Positions 9,433 through 19,949 of a stretch of 64,000 bases of DNA are shown piece after piece. The position numbers and the translations under genes were made by a program. The notes below the pieces were generated by a model. It was given only the letters and a program-made list of their open reading frames with translations. It did no database searches and had not been told where the DNA came from. The DNA comes from Desulfobacterales bacterium (GTDB lineage: Bacteria > Desulfobacterota > Desulfobacteria > Desulfobacterales > UBA2174): positions 1 through 64,000 of the forward strand of contig CAXXWC010000020.1 of assembly GCA_963668645.2 (NCBI GenBank), in the 5' to 3' direction. How positions within the stretch are numbered: the stretch's first letter is position 1; each line of letters begins with the position of its first letter.

Positions 9433-10545
9433 ATGAAAGGGAAGTTGACCACGAGATTGTCATGGACCATGACGATTGTTTTGATGATCTGCATTTTCAG
9501 TTCTGTATGCACGGCACAGGAGCCGATCAAGTGGAAAATGACCACTACCTTTACTCCCAACATGATGAATATCGAGGGAGACCGCTATTTTGTTAAAACT
9601 GTCAGCGACCTGACCAAAGGAGCCATGGAAATCAAGTTCTATGAGGGTGACAGCATCATACCGCCTTTTGAGGTCTTCGGCGCGGTGCAAAATAATGTTG
9701 TGCAGATGGGAGGCCATTGGCCCGGGTACTGGGCCGGAAAAGACTGGGCCTTCGACGTCCTGGCCGGAGTTTCACTGGTATTGTCGCCCATTGATCTGAT
9801 GGTCTGGATATACCAGGGCGGCGGATTCGAGATCTATCAGGAGGTATACGGCAAATTCGGTATGGTTTTCCTGCCGACGGTTGTATTTCCGATGGAGTCG
9901 GGCATTCGAAGCAACAAACCGATTAATACCCTGAGCGATTTAAAAGGAATGAAAATCAGAGCCGGCGGCCGGGTCGCGGGTGCCATTTTAAAAGAGCTTG
10001 GCGCTGCCCATGTCATGCTGGCCGGCGGTGAAGTCTATCAGGCCCTTGAAAAAGGGGTCATCGATGCAGCTGAAATGTCGCACCCGCAAACAGACTGGGG
10101 GCTCGGGTTGCATGAAGTCACTAAGTACTGGTGCGTTCCCAACTGGATTAACAACGGCAATATATTGGGGGTCATGATCAATAAAAAATCCTGGGACAGC
10201 TTGCCGGACAATCTTAAAACAAGCCTCAAGACAGCAGCGATGGCAACATCCGTGTGGAGTTTCACCTTCTTTGAATACGGAGCCATACAAGGCACCCAGA
10301 AATGGATAGATGCCGGCACGCAAGTAACACGCCTTTCGGATGAAGATTTAAAAACCTTGCGCAAAATTGCGCATCGGACAATCCTTGAGACCTGCAAAGA
10401 CCACCCTCTGTTTGCTAAGGCCATCTATTCTCAATACAAATTCTTGCATGATGCGGAAAAATGGCGTTCTTTCTCGACGCCGTTTTCCTATGGGGCCAAC
10501 TTTGAACTTCCAGATCTGGAAGCAATAAAGCAGTACATTAAGTAA
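9433..10545 (+). CDS. dctP: TRAP transporter substrate-binding protein (DctP/TakP-like)
   Basis: Signal peptide, YWAGK, DLKGMKIRA, GGEVYQALEKGVIDAAE. Confidence 0.92.
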   Translation: MKGKLTTRLSWTMTIVLMICIFSSVCTAQEPIKWKMTTTFTPNMMNIEGDRYFVKTVSDLTKGAMEIKFYEGDSIIPPFEVFGAVQNNVVQMGGHWPGYWAGKDWAFDVLAGVSLVLSPIDLMVWIYQGGGFEIYQEVYGKFGMVFLPTVVFPMESGIRSNKPINTLSDLKGMKIRAGGRVAGAILKELGAAHVMLAGGEVYQALEKGVIDAAEMSHPQTDWGLGLHEVTKYWCVPNWINNGNILGVMINKKSWDSLPDNLKTSLKTAAMATSVWSFTFFEYGAIQGTQKWIDAGTQVTRLSDEDLKTLRKIAHRTILETCKDHPLFAKAIYSQYKFLHDAEKWRSFSTPFSYGANFELPDLEAIKQYIK

Positions 10546-10555
10546 AATCAGAGAC

Positions 10556-10597
10556 AGCAACAGTCTCCGCATGGCCGTCCTCCGGAGACTGTTGCTG
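10556..10597 (+). terminator. Stem-loop between dctP and dctQ (terminator or mRNA-stabilising hairpin)
   Basis: CAGCAACAGTCTCCG...CGGAGACTGTTGCTG 15-bp inverted repeat. Confidence 0.65.
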
Positions 10598-10678
10598 GAA
10601 AGCCTATAACACTTAGCCGCTCTTCTGCAGAATCCCATGCCTTTTGGAATCTAATGTAGAAATAAAGGGCTTTTCCAA

Positions 10679-11182
10679 GTGAAATCAATATTAAAAAAAA
10701 TCGACGCCTTTAGCGATGCCGTTGGTAAAACCTTCAGCTGGATTATTATTGTTTTGATTCTGCTTGTCGTCATGGAGGTCATTCTTAGGCGGCTGTTCAA
10801 CAGCCCGACAACCTGGAGTTTTGAGGTTACAATTCAACTATATGCTCTTCACTTCATGATAGTGGCTGGATATGCACTGCTCCATCGATCACATGTTACT
10901 ATCGACATTCTCTATGAAAAATTCAACAAGCGAACCCAAGCCATCATCGATGTCGTTTCTTACCTGATATTTTTTTTCCCGTTCATGCTGGTCGTTTTGT
11001 ACCAAGGGACTAAATATGCCAAAGAATCGTGGCTCATCCGGGAAACGAGTTGGAGCGTGTTCGCCCCTCCTCTTTACCCGATCAAATCTGTCATCCCAAT
11101 AATGGCTCTTCTTCTATTAATACAAGGGTTATCGGTATTAATTCGCCAATTCTATTTCGCCTTAACAGGGAGAGAGCTATGA
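10679..11182 (+). CDS. dctQ: TRAP transporter small permease
   Basis: Four hydrophobic segments, HVTIDIL motif. Confidence 0.9.
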   Translation: MKSILKKIDAFSDAVGKTFSWIIIVLILLVVMEVILRRLFNSPTTWSFEVTIQLYALHFMIVAGYALLHRSHVTIDILYEKFNKRTQAIIDVVSYLIFFFPFMLVVLYQGTKYAKESWLIRETSWSVFAPPLYPIKSVIPIMALLLLIQGLSVLIRQFYFALTGREL

Positions 11183-12510
11183 TTGAGATACGTCCGGAAA
11201 TAGTAACACTGTTGATGTTTTCGGGACTTTTTTTGGGTATGTTGCTGGGCCACCCCCTGGCGTTTGTTATGGGCGGCCTGGCGGTGATATTCGGTATTCT
11301 CGGATGGGGCTTCGATGCCCTGGGAATGTTCATGAGCCGTATTTATGGTGTCATGGACAACTACATTCTTATTGCGGTTCCTTTGTTTATATTTATGGCC
11401 CATATTCTCGATCAGTCGGGTGTGGCAGAGAAGCTCTTTGATGCCATGCATTATCTCTTCGGGCGAGTCAGGGGCGGTATTGCCGTTGCGATTGTAATCG
11501 TATCGACGCTTTTCGGCGCCTGTACGGGCATCATCGGGGCATCGGTGGTCACCATGGGACTGCTTGCACAGCCCGTGCTGCTTCGATACGGCTACGACAA
11601 GCGGCTCGGCAGCGGTTGTATTTGCGCCGGCGGGGCGCTGGGAATATTGATTCCACCAAGCGTTATGCTCATTGTCATGGGAAACCAGGCCAATCTTTCT
11701 GTCGGCAAACTCTTTGCCGGCGCCATTATTCCCGGTCTTATTCTTTCCGGGCTGTATATCGGCTATGTTTTAATCAAATGTTATATTCACCCTGAATCCG
11801 GTCCACCGCTGTCGCAAGAGGAAAGAATGGCGGTTACCAGAATGCAAATCTTTAACATGGTAATGAAGTCCCTGGTCCCTCCCATGGTTCTTATACTCGG
11901 GGTGCTGGGCTCTATTTTTTTAGGCATTGCAACACCCACGGAAGCCTCTGGTGTCGGCGCGCTGCTGGCCATTTTAATGACCGTGGCATACAAAAAATTC
12001 ACCTGGAACGGCCTGTATGAAGCAGTCACCCAGACAGCAAAGACCACCTCTATGGTCTTGATCGTGTTGTTGGGAGCGTCCTGCTTTACTGGAGTATTTC
12101 TAGGTCTGGGAGGCGGCGAATTCGTAGGAGACATGATATTGGGTGCGGGTTTCGGCAAATGGGGCACCTTCATTATCATGATGCTGATTCTGTTTGCCTT
12201 GGGAATGTTCATCGACTGGATCGGTATCGTAATGATTGTGTTTCCCATTTTCCTGCCCATAGCGGAACAACTTGGATTTGATAAACTCTGGTTCGTTGTG
12301 ACCATGGCGGTGATGCTTCAAGATTCCTTTCTGACGCCACCCTTCGGCTATGCCCTTTTTTATTTAAAAGGCGTATCGCCGCCCGAAATCACGACAAAGG
12401 ATATATACTGGGGGGCATTTCCTTTCTGGCGATTGATGGAATTGGGCCTGATCATTGTAGTCCTCTTCCCCCAAACGGTTACCTGGCTGCCTTCGTTGAT
12501 CGTCAAATAG
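11179..12510 (+). CDS. dctM: TRAP transporter large permease
   Basis: AVPLFIFMA, GILIPPSV, ATPTEA, LTPPFG. Confidence 0.93.
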   Translation: MIEIRPEIVTLLMFSGLFLGMLLGHPLAFVMGGLAVIFGILGWGFDALGMFMSRIYGVMDNYILIAVPLFIFMAHILDQSGVAEKLFDAMHYLFGRVRGGIAVAIVIVSTLFGACTGIIGASVVTMGLLAQPVLLRYGYDKRLGSGCICAGGALGILIPPSVMLIVMGNQANLSVGKLFAGAIIPGLILSGLYIGYVLIKCYIHPESGPPLSQEERMAVTRMQIFNMVMKSLVPPMVLILGVLGSIFLGIATPTEASGVGALLAILMTVAYKKFTWNGLYEAVTQTAKTTSMVLIVLLGASCFTGVFLGLGGGEFVGDMILGAGFGKWGTFIIMMLILFALGMFIDWIGIVMIVFPIFLPIAEQLGFDKLWFVVTMAVMLQDSFLTPPFGYALFYLKGVSPPEITTKDIYWGAFPFWRLMELGLIIVVLFPQTVTWLPSLIVK

Positions 12511-12629
12511 TTCTTACAAACCAACGCGAAACGGTCCGCTGTAAGAGCAGGGATGATTTTTGGGGCATGGCTAAAACCTAAAACAAGTCACGACGGATTA
12601 TTCCGTTGGCAGTACGAAGGGCATCTTGA

Positions 12630-14081
12630 ATGAAGATACGACTCGAAAAAATCAAACTCAACATTTTAAACATGCACACCAGAATGCCGTTTAAATACGG
12701 TATTGCAGAACTTACCGTCGTACCCCATTTGTTCTTAAGCGCCTATGTTGCAGTTGGGGGAAAACAGGTAAGGGGGATCGCTTCTGAAGGGCTGCTGCCA
12801 AAATGGTTCACCAAAAATCCCGACACATCTTACAAGCAGGAAATCCTGGAAATGATCGATGTGGTCAAACATGCCGCTGCCGCCGGCATCGAATTGGGTG
12901 ACTGCGAATCGGTGTTCGATTTTTGGTATCAGGTCTATAGCGATCAGAAAGCCTGGGGGCAAAAAGAAAATATACCGGGTTTGCTGTCAGGACTGGGGGT
13001 CAGTCTTTTGGAAAGAGCCGTCATCGATGGATACTGCAGGGCCGTGGAAACACCCTTTTTAGAAGCGCTGCGCAGTAATGCCTTCCAAATCGAATTGGGA
13101 AGGATCCATAAACAATTGCAGGGGCACTCCCCAGACAAGCTCCTTTGCCTCAGCCCGACGGCAGAGATCAAAGTTCGACATACCGTTGGACTGGTCGATC
13201 CTCTGAGAACATCTGATATTTCGATACCTGAAACGGTGAATGACGGCCTGCCCCAGTCTCTTGAAGCATGTATTGCAGCATACGGTCTGCGTATGTTCAA
13301 GATCAAAATATGGGGCCATGTGCAAAAAGATGTTCAGCGATTGACCGCTATAGGTGACATTTGCCGGAAAGCAAATATAGAAACATTCGGATTTACGCTT
13401 GATGGCAACGAACACTTCGACAACGCTGAAAAGTTTATCGCTTACTGGGATGAAATCAGTCGCTGCCAAGAGTTGTCGGAGTTTTTCCAGCATCTTTTAT
13501 TTGTAGAGCAGCCCATCGACAGGAAAAACGCCCTGTCTCCCGATACGGCAGAACTGTTTTCGAATTGGCGCACCAAGCCGCTTCTGGTCATCGACGAGTC
13601 CGACAGCGATATCAGCAGCGTGCGCACGGCACTGGCTTGCGGCTATAACGGCACGACCCATAAAAACTGCAAAGGCGTTTTCAAAGGGATCGCAAACGCC
13701 TGCCTGTTAAACCATCTAAAGACGCAGGATACCGGCGCAACATATATCTTAAGCTGTGAAGATCTGTCGAACGTCGGACCCGTGGCCCTCTTGCAGGATC
13801 TGCTGGTGGCAAACATCCTCGGCATCGAGCATCTTGAAAGAAACGGGCATCACTATTTTAAAGGTCTCAGCATGTATTCACAGGCCGTGCAGGCGGCGGT
13901 TCTGAAAGCGCATAACGATTTATATCGGATGCATGATGGTGGATTTGCAGTCCTGGATATTCAAAATGGAAAAGTCAGACTGGACAGCTTGACAAAATTC
14001 CCGTTCGGCTATGGTCTCGCACTGGAACCTAATGAATTTACAGCTGAAGAAGCGTGGGAATACGCGTCTTTATTCGAATAG
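12630..14081 (+). CDS. Uncharacterised enolase-superfamily (mandelate racemase-like) protein
   Basis: TRMPFKYG N-terminus, KIK motif, LDGNE, VEQP, IDES metal-ligand pattern. Confidence 0.65.
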   Translation: MKIRLEKIKLNILNMHTRMPFKYGIAELTVVPHLFLSAYVAVGGKQVRGIASEGLLPKWFTKNPDTSYKQEILEMIDVVKHAAAAGIELGDCESVFDFWYQVYSDQKAWGQKENIPGLLSGLGVSLLERAVIDGYCRAVETPFLEALRSNAFQIELGRIHKQLQGHSPDKLLCLSPTAEIKVRHTVGLVDPLRTSDISIPETVNDGLPQSLEACIAAYGLRMFKIKIWGHVQKDVQRLTAIGDICRKANIETFGFTLDGNEHFDNAEKFIAYWDEISRCQELSEFFQHLLFVEQPIDRKNALSPDTAELFSNWRTKPLLVIDESDSDISSVRTALACGYNGTTHKNCKGVFKGIANACLLNHLKTQDTGATYILSCEDLSNVGPVALLQDLLVANILGIEHLERNGHHYFKGLSMYSQAVQAAVLKAHNDLYRMHDGGFAVLDIQNGKVRLDSLTKFPFGYGLALEPNEFTAEEAWEYASLFE

Positions 14082-14096
14082 AGGGAATGGTAAACG

Positions 14097-15308
14097 ATGA
14101 ACAGATACTTTGAGGAAAACAAGTGGTGGACCAGTCTCTATAATTTTACGCAGGATGTGCTCGATGGTTATACTTTGCCCGAGAAGGTGAAAATACATGA
14201 TGCGACTCTCAGGGATGGTGAGCAGACGCCGGGGGTTGTTTTCCACAAGGAGGACAAGGTCCGCATCGCGCGGAAGCTGGACGAGGTCGGCGTTGAAAGA
14301 ATCGAGGCTGGCATGCCCGCTGTTTCGGAAGAAGACTTCCAGGCGATCAAGGCAATTTCCCAACTCGGTTTGAAGGCAAAAATCTTCACTTTTGCCAGGG
14401 CATTGCCCGTCGATATCGACAAGGCCATCGACTGCGGCGCCGACGGCGTGATTATCGAAGTGCCTATCGGATATCCCAAGCTGAAGCACCAGTTCAATTG
14501 GACCTGGGAAGACGTGCTAAGAAAAAGTGTGGACTGTATTTGCCACGCCCGGAAAAAGAACATGTACACCGTGTATTTTCCCTATGACACGACAAGGGCG
14601 CGCGAAGAAGACCTGTCCAACCTTTTGTCAGGATTAATGCAGGATGCTCCCCCCGACTCCGTAGGCGTCGTGGACACCATGGGATGCGCCACGCCCGAAG
14701 CCATTAAATATATGGTACGGAAAGTCAAAACACTTACCGGTCTGCCTGTGGAAATACACACCCACAACGACTTCGGCATGGGTGTCGCCGCTGAACTTGC
14801 CGCGGTAACGGCGGGTGCTGAAGTGGTTCACTCCTGCGTCAACGGCCTTGGGGAACGAACAGGTAATGCCGCTTTGGAAGAGCTGATGATCGGTCTGCAC
14901 ATGCTGCTCGGCTATGAAACCCAATACGATTTTAAGGAACTGATATCGCTATGCAAATTGGTGGAAGACATATCAGGCGTTAAAACGGCGACCAATAAAC
15001 CGGTGACCGGTTCCGGTAATTACACCCGGGAATCAGGTATCGGAGTGGACATGGTAATGAAAACACCTCTTGCCATGTTTGCCACGGATCCAAGTTTCTT
15101 CGGGCGATCGGGAGAAGTGGTGCTCGGCAAAAAGAGCGGCAAAGCCTCCATTACTTACATGCTCGATAAAATGGGTATAAAAAATTACAAAGATCAAAGT
15201 GTCATGGAGATTCTAGCCGAAGTAAAAGCAGCCGGGACGAAAAAACGCGGCCTATTGTCGCAGGAAGAGTTCGAAACGATTATCAAACCGTATTGCGATG
15301 CGAATTAA
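14097..15308 (+). CDS. DRE-TIM metallolyase (homocitrate/isopropylmalate synthase-like, no regulatory domain)
   Basis: DATLRDGEQTPG, HTHNDFGMG, NGLGERTGNA. Confidence 0.88.
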   Translation: MNRYFEENKWWTSLYNFTQDVLDGYTLPEKVKIHDATLRDGEQTPGVVFHKEDKVRIARKLDEVGVERIEAGMPAVSEEDFQAIKAISQLGLKAKIFTFARALPVDIDKAIDCGADGVIIEVPIGYPKLKHQFNWTWEDVLRKSVDCICHARKKNMYTVYFPYDTTRAREEDLSNLLSGLMQDAPPDSVGVVDTMGCATPEAIKYMVRKVKTLTGLPVEIHTHNDFGMGVAAELAAVTAGAEVVHSCVNGLGERTGNAALEELMIGLHMLLGYETQYDFKELISLCKLVEDISGVKTATNKPVTGSGNYTRESGIGVDMVMKTPLAMFATDPSFFGRSGEVVLGKKSGKASITYMLDKMGIKNYKDQSVMEILAEVKAAGTKKRGLLSQEEFETIIKPYCDAN

Positions 15309-15382
15309 ATGCTTTAGGTTTTCGGCTGGATGGGTTGGGGCCGGACCCAAGGCCAAACCTGTTAGAAATGGAGTCGAACAAT

Positions 15383-15832
15383 ATGAAAATACGCAGAGTC
15401 GTTACCGGTCTTAATGCTGCAGGAAAAGCCGTTGTAAATTGGGATTTTGAAATCGAGAGCAAACCCGGGCGACCGGGATTCAGGCATGTTCTCCTGTGGG
15501 CGACAGACCGGCTTCCCCCGATACTGGACGATCAAGACCCCGCCCTGTGGGAGACCGGAACCGTAATTGAAAACGGTTCGGTCTTTCGCATCATACAATT
15601 CGATTCCGGGGTTGCAGAACGCTGGCATGTCACCGACTCGATCGATTACGCGATCGTTCTTTCCGGTGAAATAGACATGCAACTGGACGAGGAAGAAGTT
15701 CACTTGAAAGCAGGCGATACGCTCGTTCAGCGCGCAACCGTGCACAACTGGGTGAACCGCGGGACCGAACCCTGTATCATCGCATTTATACTCATCGCCA
15801 CCGAAGGCGGTAAATCCAAGGACTGGTCTTAA
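15383..15832 (+). CDS. Cupin-domain protein
   Basis: IRRVVTG, HVTDSIDY, GDTLVQRATVHNWVN. Confidence 0.85.
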   Translation: MKIRRVVTGLNAAGKAVVNWDFEIESKPGRPGFRHVLLWATDRLPPILDDQDPALWETGTVIENGSVFRIIQFDSGVAERWHVTDSIDYAIVLSGEIDMQLDEEEVHLKAGDTLVQRATVHNWVNRGTEPCIIAFILIATEGGKSKDWS

Positions 15833-15853
15833 CGCTCAATGAAATGGTGTGCA

Positions 15854-16714
15854 ATGCAGGAACCAAAGATACATCAACCTGAATCGCCTGAGGACGTCTG
15901 CGCCTGTTTGCATAAGTATGGCGGCAGCAGTGCGATCCACGCCGGCGGGACTGATCTGCTTGTCAGAATGCGCAAAGGAGTCGCGCATCCTTTGCACATC
16001 ATCGACCTCAGCAAAGTCGGCTCGCTAAAGTCGGTGGAGGAACAGCCTGACAAGGGGATCAGAATCGGCTGTATGGTATCCCTGACTCAGCTGTTATCCC
16101 ATACGGTCGTCAGGGGGCGGTACCAGGCGCTTTACGAAGCTCTGGAATCCATTGGGTCGTTGCAGGTCCGCAACCGCGGGACCCTGGCTGGCAACATATG
16201 CAATGCGTCCCCTGCTGCGGACTCCGTCCCCCCCCTGCTCTGCTTCGATTGTACGGTTAATGTCAGGCACAGCAGCGGACTCCGGAATATCCCTCTGGAC
16301 AGCCTGATAACCGGTCCCGGCCAAATCAGTCTCGCGGTGGGCGAATTTGTCGAAAGTATCGATCTGCCGTATTCCGGCGAGGACCAGGCCAGCGCCTATG
16401 TAAGAATCGGTCGCAGAAAGGCCGTGGATTGTTCCATTGCGGGTGTGGCCGTTCGCCTCGATTGCCAGGGCAATGTACGCGCCGCTTTTGGTGCCGTCTC
16501 GGCGAAACCCATGAGAATTAAAAGTGTTGAAGACATGTTGGATCATAAGGAGTGGCATGCCGGCCTGATCGAAAGGGCCGCTGAAAGGGTAAAGAAGGAG
16601 GTAAGCCCGATCGATGATATTCGGGCGACCAAAGCATATCGTATCGACATGTCCGCCGTTCTGTTCAGGCGTGCCTTCAGCCTGGCAAAGCAACGCTTAC
16701 CAAAGGCCTCGTGA
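15854..16714 (+). CDS. Xanthine dehydrogenase-family FAD-binding subunit
   Basis: AGGTDL, QVRNRGTLAGNICNASPAAD, PIDDIRAT. Confidence 0.92.
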   Translation: MQEPKIHQPESPEDVCACLHKYGGSSAIHAGGTDLLVRMRKGVAHPLHIIDLSKVGSLKSVEEQPDKGIRIGCMVSLTQLLSHTVVRGRYQALYEALESIGSLQVRNRGTLAGNICNASPAADSVPPLLCFDCTVNVRHSSGLRNIPLDSLITGPGQISLAVGEFVESIDLPYSGEDQASAYVRIGRRKAVDCSIAGVAVRLDCQGNVRAAFGAVSAKPMRIKSVEDMLDHKEWHAGLIERAAERVKKEVSPIDDIRATKAYRIDMSAVLFRRAFSLAKQRLPKAS

Positions 16715-16715
16715 T

Positions 16716-17204
16716 ATGAGAATCAATCTGTACATAAACGGTGTCGGCCGGAGCGTCGATATCCATCCGACGGAAACCCTGGTGGAGGTTTTGCGCGAAA
16801 TTCTGGGCCTGACCGGCACCAAGATAAGTTGCGGCCAGGGAGAATGCGGTGCGTGCACGGTTCTTCTGGATGGAGAGGCGGTAAACGCCTGCCTGGTTCT
16901 AGCCGCAAGTGTGGATGGCCGGCAAGTGACAACCATTGAGGGATTGGCAGGTCGAAACGGCCTGGATCCGATTCAGCAGGCCTTTATCGATCAGGATGCC
17001 AGCCAGTGTGGATTCTGTACTCCGGGGATGATCATGTCGGCAAAAAGTCTGCTGATGAAGAAACCCAACCCATCGGAAGAAGATATCAAAAATGCACTGG
17101 CAGGCAATATCTGTCGATGCACGGGCTACAAACAGATCGTCAAAGCCGTCAAACAGGCGGCCGATCACTCATCGCGCCGGCGACCCCATTGCCAGCAGGA
17201 TTAA
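16716..17204 (+). CDS. Xanthine dehydrogenase-family 2x[2Fe-2S] subunit
   Basis: CGQGECGACTV, QCGFCTPG, NICRCTGY. Confidence 0.95.
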   Translation: MRINLYINGVGRSVDIHPTETLVEVLREILGLTGTKISCGQGECGACTVLLDGEAVNACLVLAASVDGRQVTTIEGLAGRNGLDPIQQAFIDQDASQCGFCTPGMIMSAKSLLMKKPNPSEEDIKNALAGNICRCTGYKQIVKAVKQAADHSSRRRPHCQQD

Positions 17205-17206
17205 CA

Positions 17207-19456
17207 ATGCCCAGAAATAACGAAAGAAATAAAATGCCGGACGACTTGGTCGCCAGGGTAACCGGCGAATTGAAATACCTGGATGATATTCCGGTAAAGG
17301 ACGCCCTACACGCAAGACTGGTCAGTTTGCCTTTAGGGCGCGTCAGAATCGATGCGCTTGATAAGGAAGCGGCCTTGCGTATTCCCGGTGTGACGGCCGT
17401 CATTACAGCCGATGGCCTTCCCCGGCCGTTGCCCCGGTTTGGCCCCCTTACCCAGGATCAGCCTCTTCTGGCCGATGGTGAAACCAAATTTGCACGGCAA
17501 CCCATAGCCGTCGTCCTGGCGCAAAGCGCACGGGCAGCCCGGCAGGGAGTTGATGCTGTCAAGGTCGATTATACGGCACTTGCCCCAATCACCACCATCG
17601 AGGCGGCATTGGCACCGGATGCACCGCTGGTGCAGAATCCGGACCTGCGCCAGGATGACCCCTGGCGTGAAACGAACATCATGGGCCAGTGGCCGTTCGG
17701 CTGGGGAAATATCGAAACAGGGCAGGCCCAAAGCGCCCTTACACTGACCAACACATACGAGACGCCCATTATCCATCATCACGCCCTGGAGCCCTACGCC
17801 GTTTATGCACTTCCGGATGACGGCGGTATTGCCATGTACGCGGCGATTCAGCACCCATTTGTCCTCAGGCGGGTCATATCCCGCATGCTGAGTCTGCCCC
17901 TGGCCAAGGTCCGCATCATATCCACGGAGATGGGGGGCGGATTCGGAGGACGCGGTTATCCCAAGATCGAACCCCTTGTCGCCATGCTGGTCCACAAGCT
18001 CAAGCAGCCCGTAAAGCTATCTCTCTCGGCTGACGAAGGATTCCACATAGCCCAGCGGGAAGGCGCACGGGTGAAGATCCGCACCGGCTTCAAGCCGGAC
18101 GGAAAGCTGGCTTTTCAGGATGTCAAGGCCGATTTTCTGGTGGGTGCCTACTCCGATATTTCTCCCCGGGTCGTTCAGAAGGCCGGCTTTCTGGGTGCCG
18201 GTCCCTACTGGGTGCCCAACGTGGACATAACGGCAAGAGGCATCTTCTCCCACACGGCCCCAAAAACCGCTTTCCGGGGGTTTGGCGCAACCCACCTGTG
18301 CTTTGCCATCGAATCACAGCTCAACGAGGCGGCAGAGCGGCTTGGAATCGATCCGGTCGAGATCCGACGAATGAATCTGCCGGCCAAGGGGGAAACCCTG
18401 GTTCCCGGCGACACACCCGTAGATGGGGATTGGAAATCGGCTCTGGATAAAGCGGCCCGGGCCATTGGATGGGGCAAGCCGACCGGGCCGGGAAGAGGAA
18501 GGGGAATCGGCATCGGCGTTAAAAGCTCGGTACCGGCAACGACATCCGGTGCCGAAGTCCGCCTCCATGTGGATGGAAGTGCCACGGTATATGTCGGGAC
18601 CACCGAAATGGGCCAGGGCGCCAAAATGGTCATGGCCAGGCTTGTGAGCGCGTCCCTCCATTTGCCGATGGATTCTATCCGTGTGGTTTGCGGTGACACC
18701 GGCAGGGTGCCCTATGACACCATCACGGCTTCAAGCCGTTCAACCGTGATGATGGGCCAGGCCGTTGTTTCGGCATGCCGGGACATACGCCGGCGGTTGT
18801 GTGCACTGGCCGCCGAAGCGTGCGGCATCGATGAAAAAAGTGTCCTGGAATCCGACGGTCTGATTCATGTCTGTGAAGACCGGTTCACCTATCAGCAGAC
18901 TGTCGAGAACTATTTCGGTCCCGGAATGGGAGAAGTGATCGGTCATGGAAGTTACCGGGGCAAAAGAGATCCGGATCATCCGCTGGGCGGCCCTGCTGCG
19001 TTCTGGGAATTTATCGTTACCGCAGTGGAACTGTCCGTTGACCCGGAAACGGGCGATACGGCCCTGCACCGGCTGATCAATGTCAGCGATGCCGGCAAAG
19101 TGATCAATCCGCTGCGGGCTGTCGGCCAGGATGAAGGCGGGGCGGTAATGGCCATCGGCGCTGCATTTATGGAAAAGCTTATTATAAATAATTCCGGTGT
19201 CATATTGAACGCCGGATCGCTGGATTACAAGGTCCCCACGATCGCGGATATTCCCGACAAGATGGAAACCATTTTTCAGGAAAACCAGGACGGCCCCGGC
19301 CCTTATGGGTCCAAGGGCATCGGAGAAAGCGGGATACTGGCGGCCCTGCCGGCAATCAGCGCGGCCATTTACAATGCCTCCGGGCTGAAGGTTCGAGAAA
19401 TTCCGATAACCCCTGAAGCTTTATGGAATTTGAAGAAGGAAAGTGAAGGCCGTTAA
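17207..19456 (+). CDS. Xanthine dehydrogenase-family molybdopterin-binding subunit
   Basis: GGGFGGR, AFRGFG, EMGQG, SKGIGE. Confidence 0.92.
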   Translation: MPRNNERNKMPDDLVARVTGELKYLDDIPVKDALHARLVSLPLGRVRIDALDKEAALRIPGVTAVITADGLPRPLPRFGPLTQDQPLLADGETKFARQPIAVVLAQSARAARQGVDAVKVDYTALAPITTIEAALAPDAPLVQNPDLRQDDPWRETNIMGQWPFGWGNIETGQAQSALTLTNTYETPIIHHHALEPYAVYALPDDGGIAMYAAIQHPFVLRRVISRMLSLPLAKVRIISTEMGGGFGGRGYPKIEPLVAMLVHKLKQPVKLSLSADEGFHIAQREGARVKIRTGFKPDGKLAFQDVKADFLVGAYSDISPRVVQKAGFLGAGPYWVPNVDITARGIFSHTAPKTAFRGFGATHLCFAIESQLNEAAERLGIDPVEIRRMNLPAKGETLVPGDTPVDGDWKSALDKAARAIGWGKPTGPGRGRGIGIGVKSSVPATTSGAEVRLHVDGSATVYVGTTEMGQGAKMVMARLVSASLHLPMDSIRVVCGDTGRVPYDTITASSRSTVMMGQAVVSACRDIRRRLCALAAEACGIDEKSVLESDGLIHVCEDRFTYQQTVENYFGPGMGEVIGHGSYRGKRDPDHPLGGPAAFWEFIVTAVELSVDPETGDTALHRLINVSDAGKVINPLRAVGQDEGGAVMAIGAAFMEKLIINNSGVILNAGSLDYKVPTIADIPDKMETIFQENQDGPGPYGSKGIGESGILAALPAISAAIYNASGLKVREIPITPEALWNLKKESEGR

Positions 19457-19581
19457 GACAGGCCCCGGTCTTTGAGACTCCGGTCGAAGGTGAGGGTTGG
19501 CGCAACCGATCAGGTAGTCGGAAAAATCGGCTTTTCCGCTCTGGCAGTCGCCGAAGGCCTGCCAGAGCGTATCTTTTTCAT
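19453..19581 (-). pseudogene. 3' remnant of a PIN/VapC toxin gene
   Basis: EKDTLWQAFGDCQSGKADFSDYLIG, then a frame change to PTLTFDRSLKD; matches the VapC C-terminal ADFxDxLI...TFD pattern. Confidence 0.6.
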
Positions 19582-19724
19582 TCCGTCCGTCCTTTGTATC
19601 GTCTTGTGGCCCGTTCGTTCCCATTCTCGCCGAGTTAGTTGATCGAATCAACAACGTTCCGTTCTCCGTTGCGTCTCAGGCTATCCCCTTTTGGTGGCCC
19701 CTCGGTTTCTATGTGTTTCCCCGC

Positions 19725-19949
19725 TTACTGCCAAGGGCCAGGAGCCTTCCAACTCTTTGGACCTGTTTCGCCTGAGGATAGGGCTTTGACGATAGGGCAT
19801 AAAAAATGATCCAAAGAAAGGGTAATTTCCTTGAAGGATGGCGGAATGTAGGCTTGCTGAAGCCTTCTTCTGAACGCAGTCCACTGTGCCTGTTTGCTCT
19901 CGGCAAAGGCATCGGTGAACGAGTCCATTCTTTTAGGAAGCGCTGTCAT
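19725..19949 (-). pseudogene. Internally deleted AbiEii-type nucleotidyltransferase toxin (start fused to the C-terminal ~70 aa)
   Basis: ATG overlaps the AbiEi stop (ATGA); KQAQWTAFRRRL...FLCPI...WKAPGPWQ resembles AbiEii C-termini; no N-terminal catalytic region. Confidence 0.65.

Noticed and set aside
14097..15308. nifV or leuA assignment
   Set aside because: No nif or leu genes nearby and no regulatory domain; specificity cannot be read from motifs
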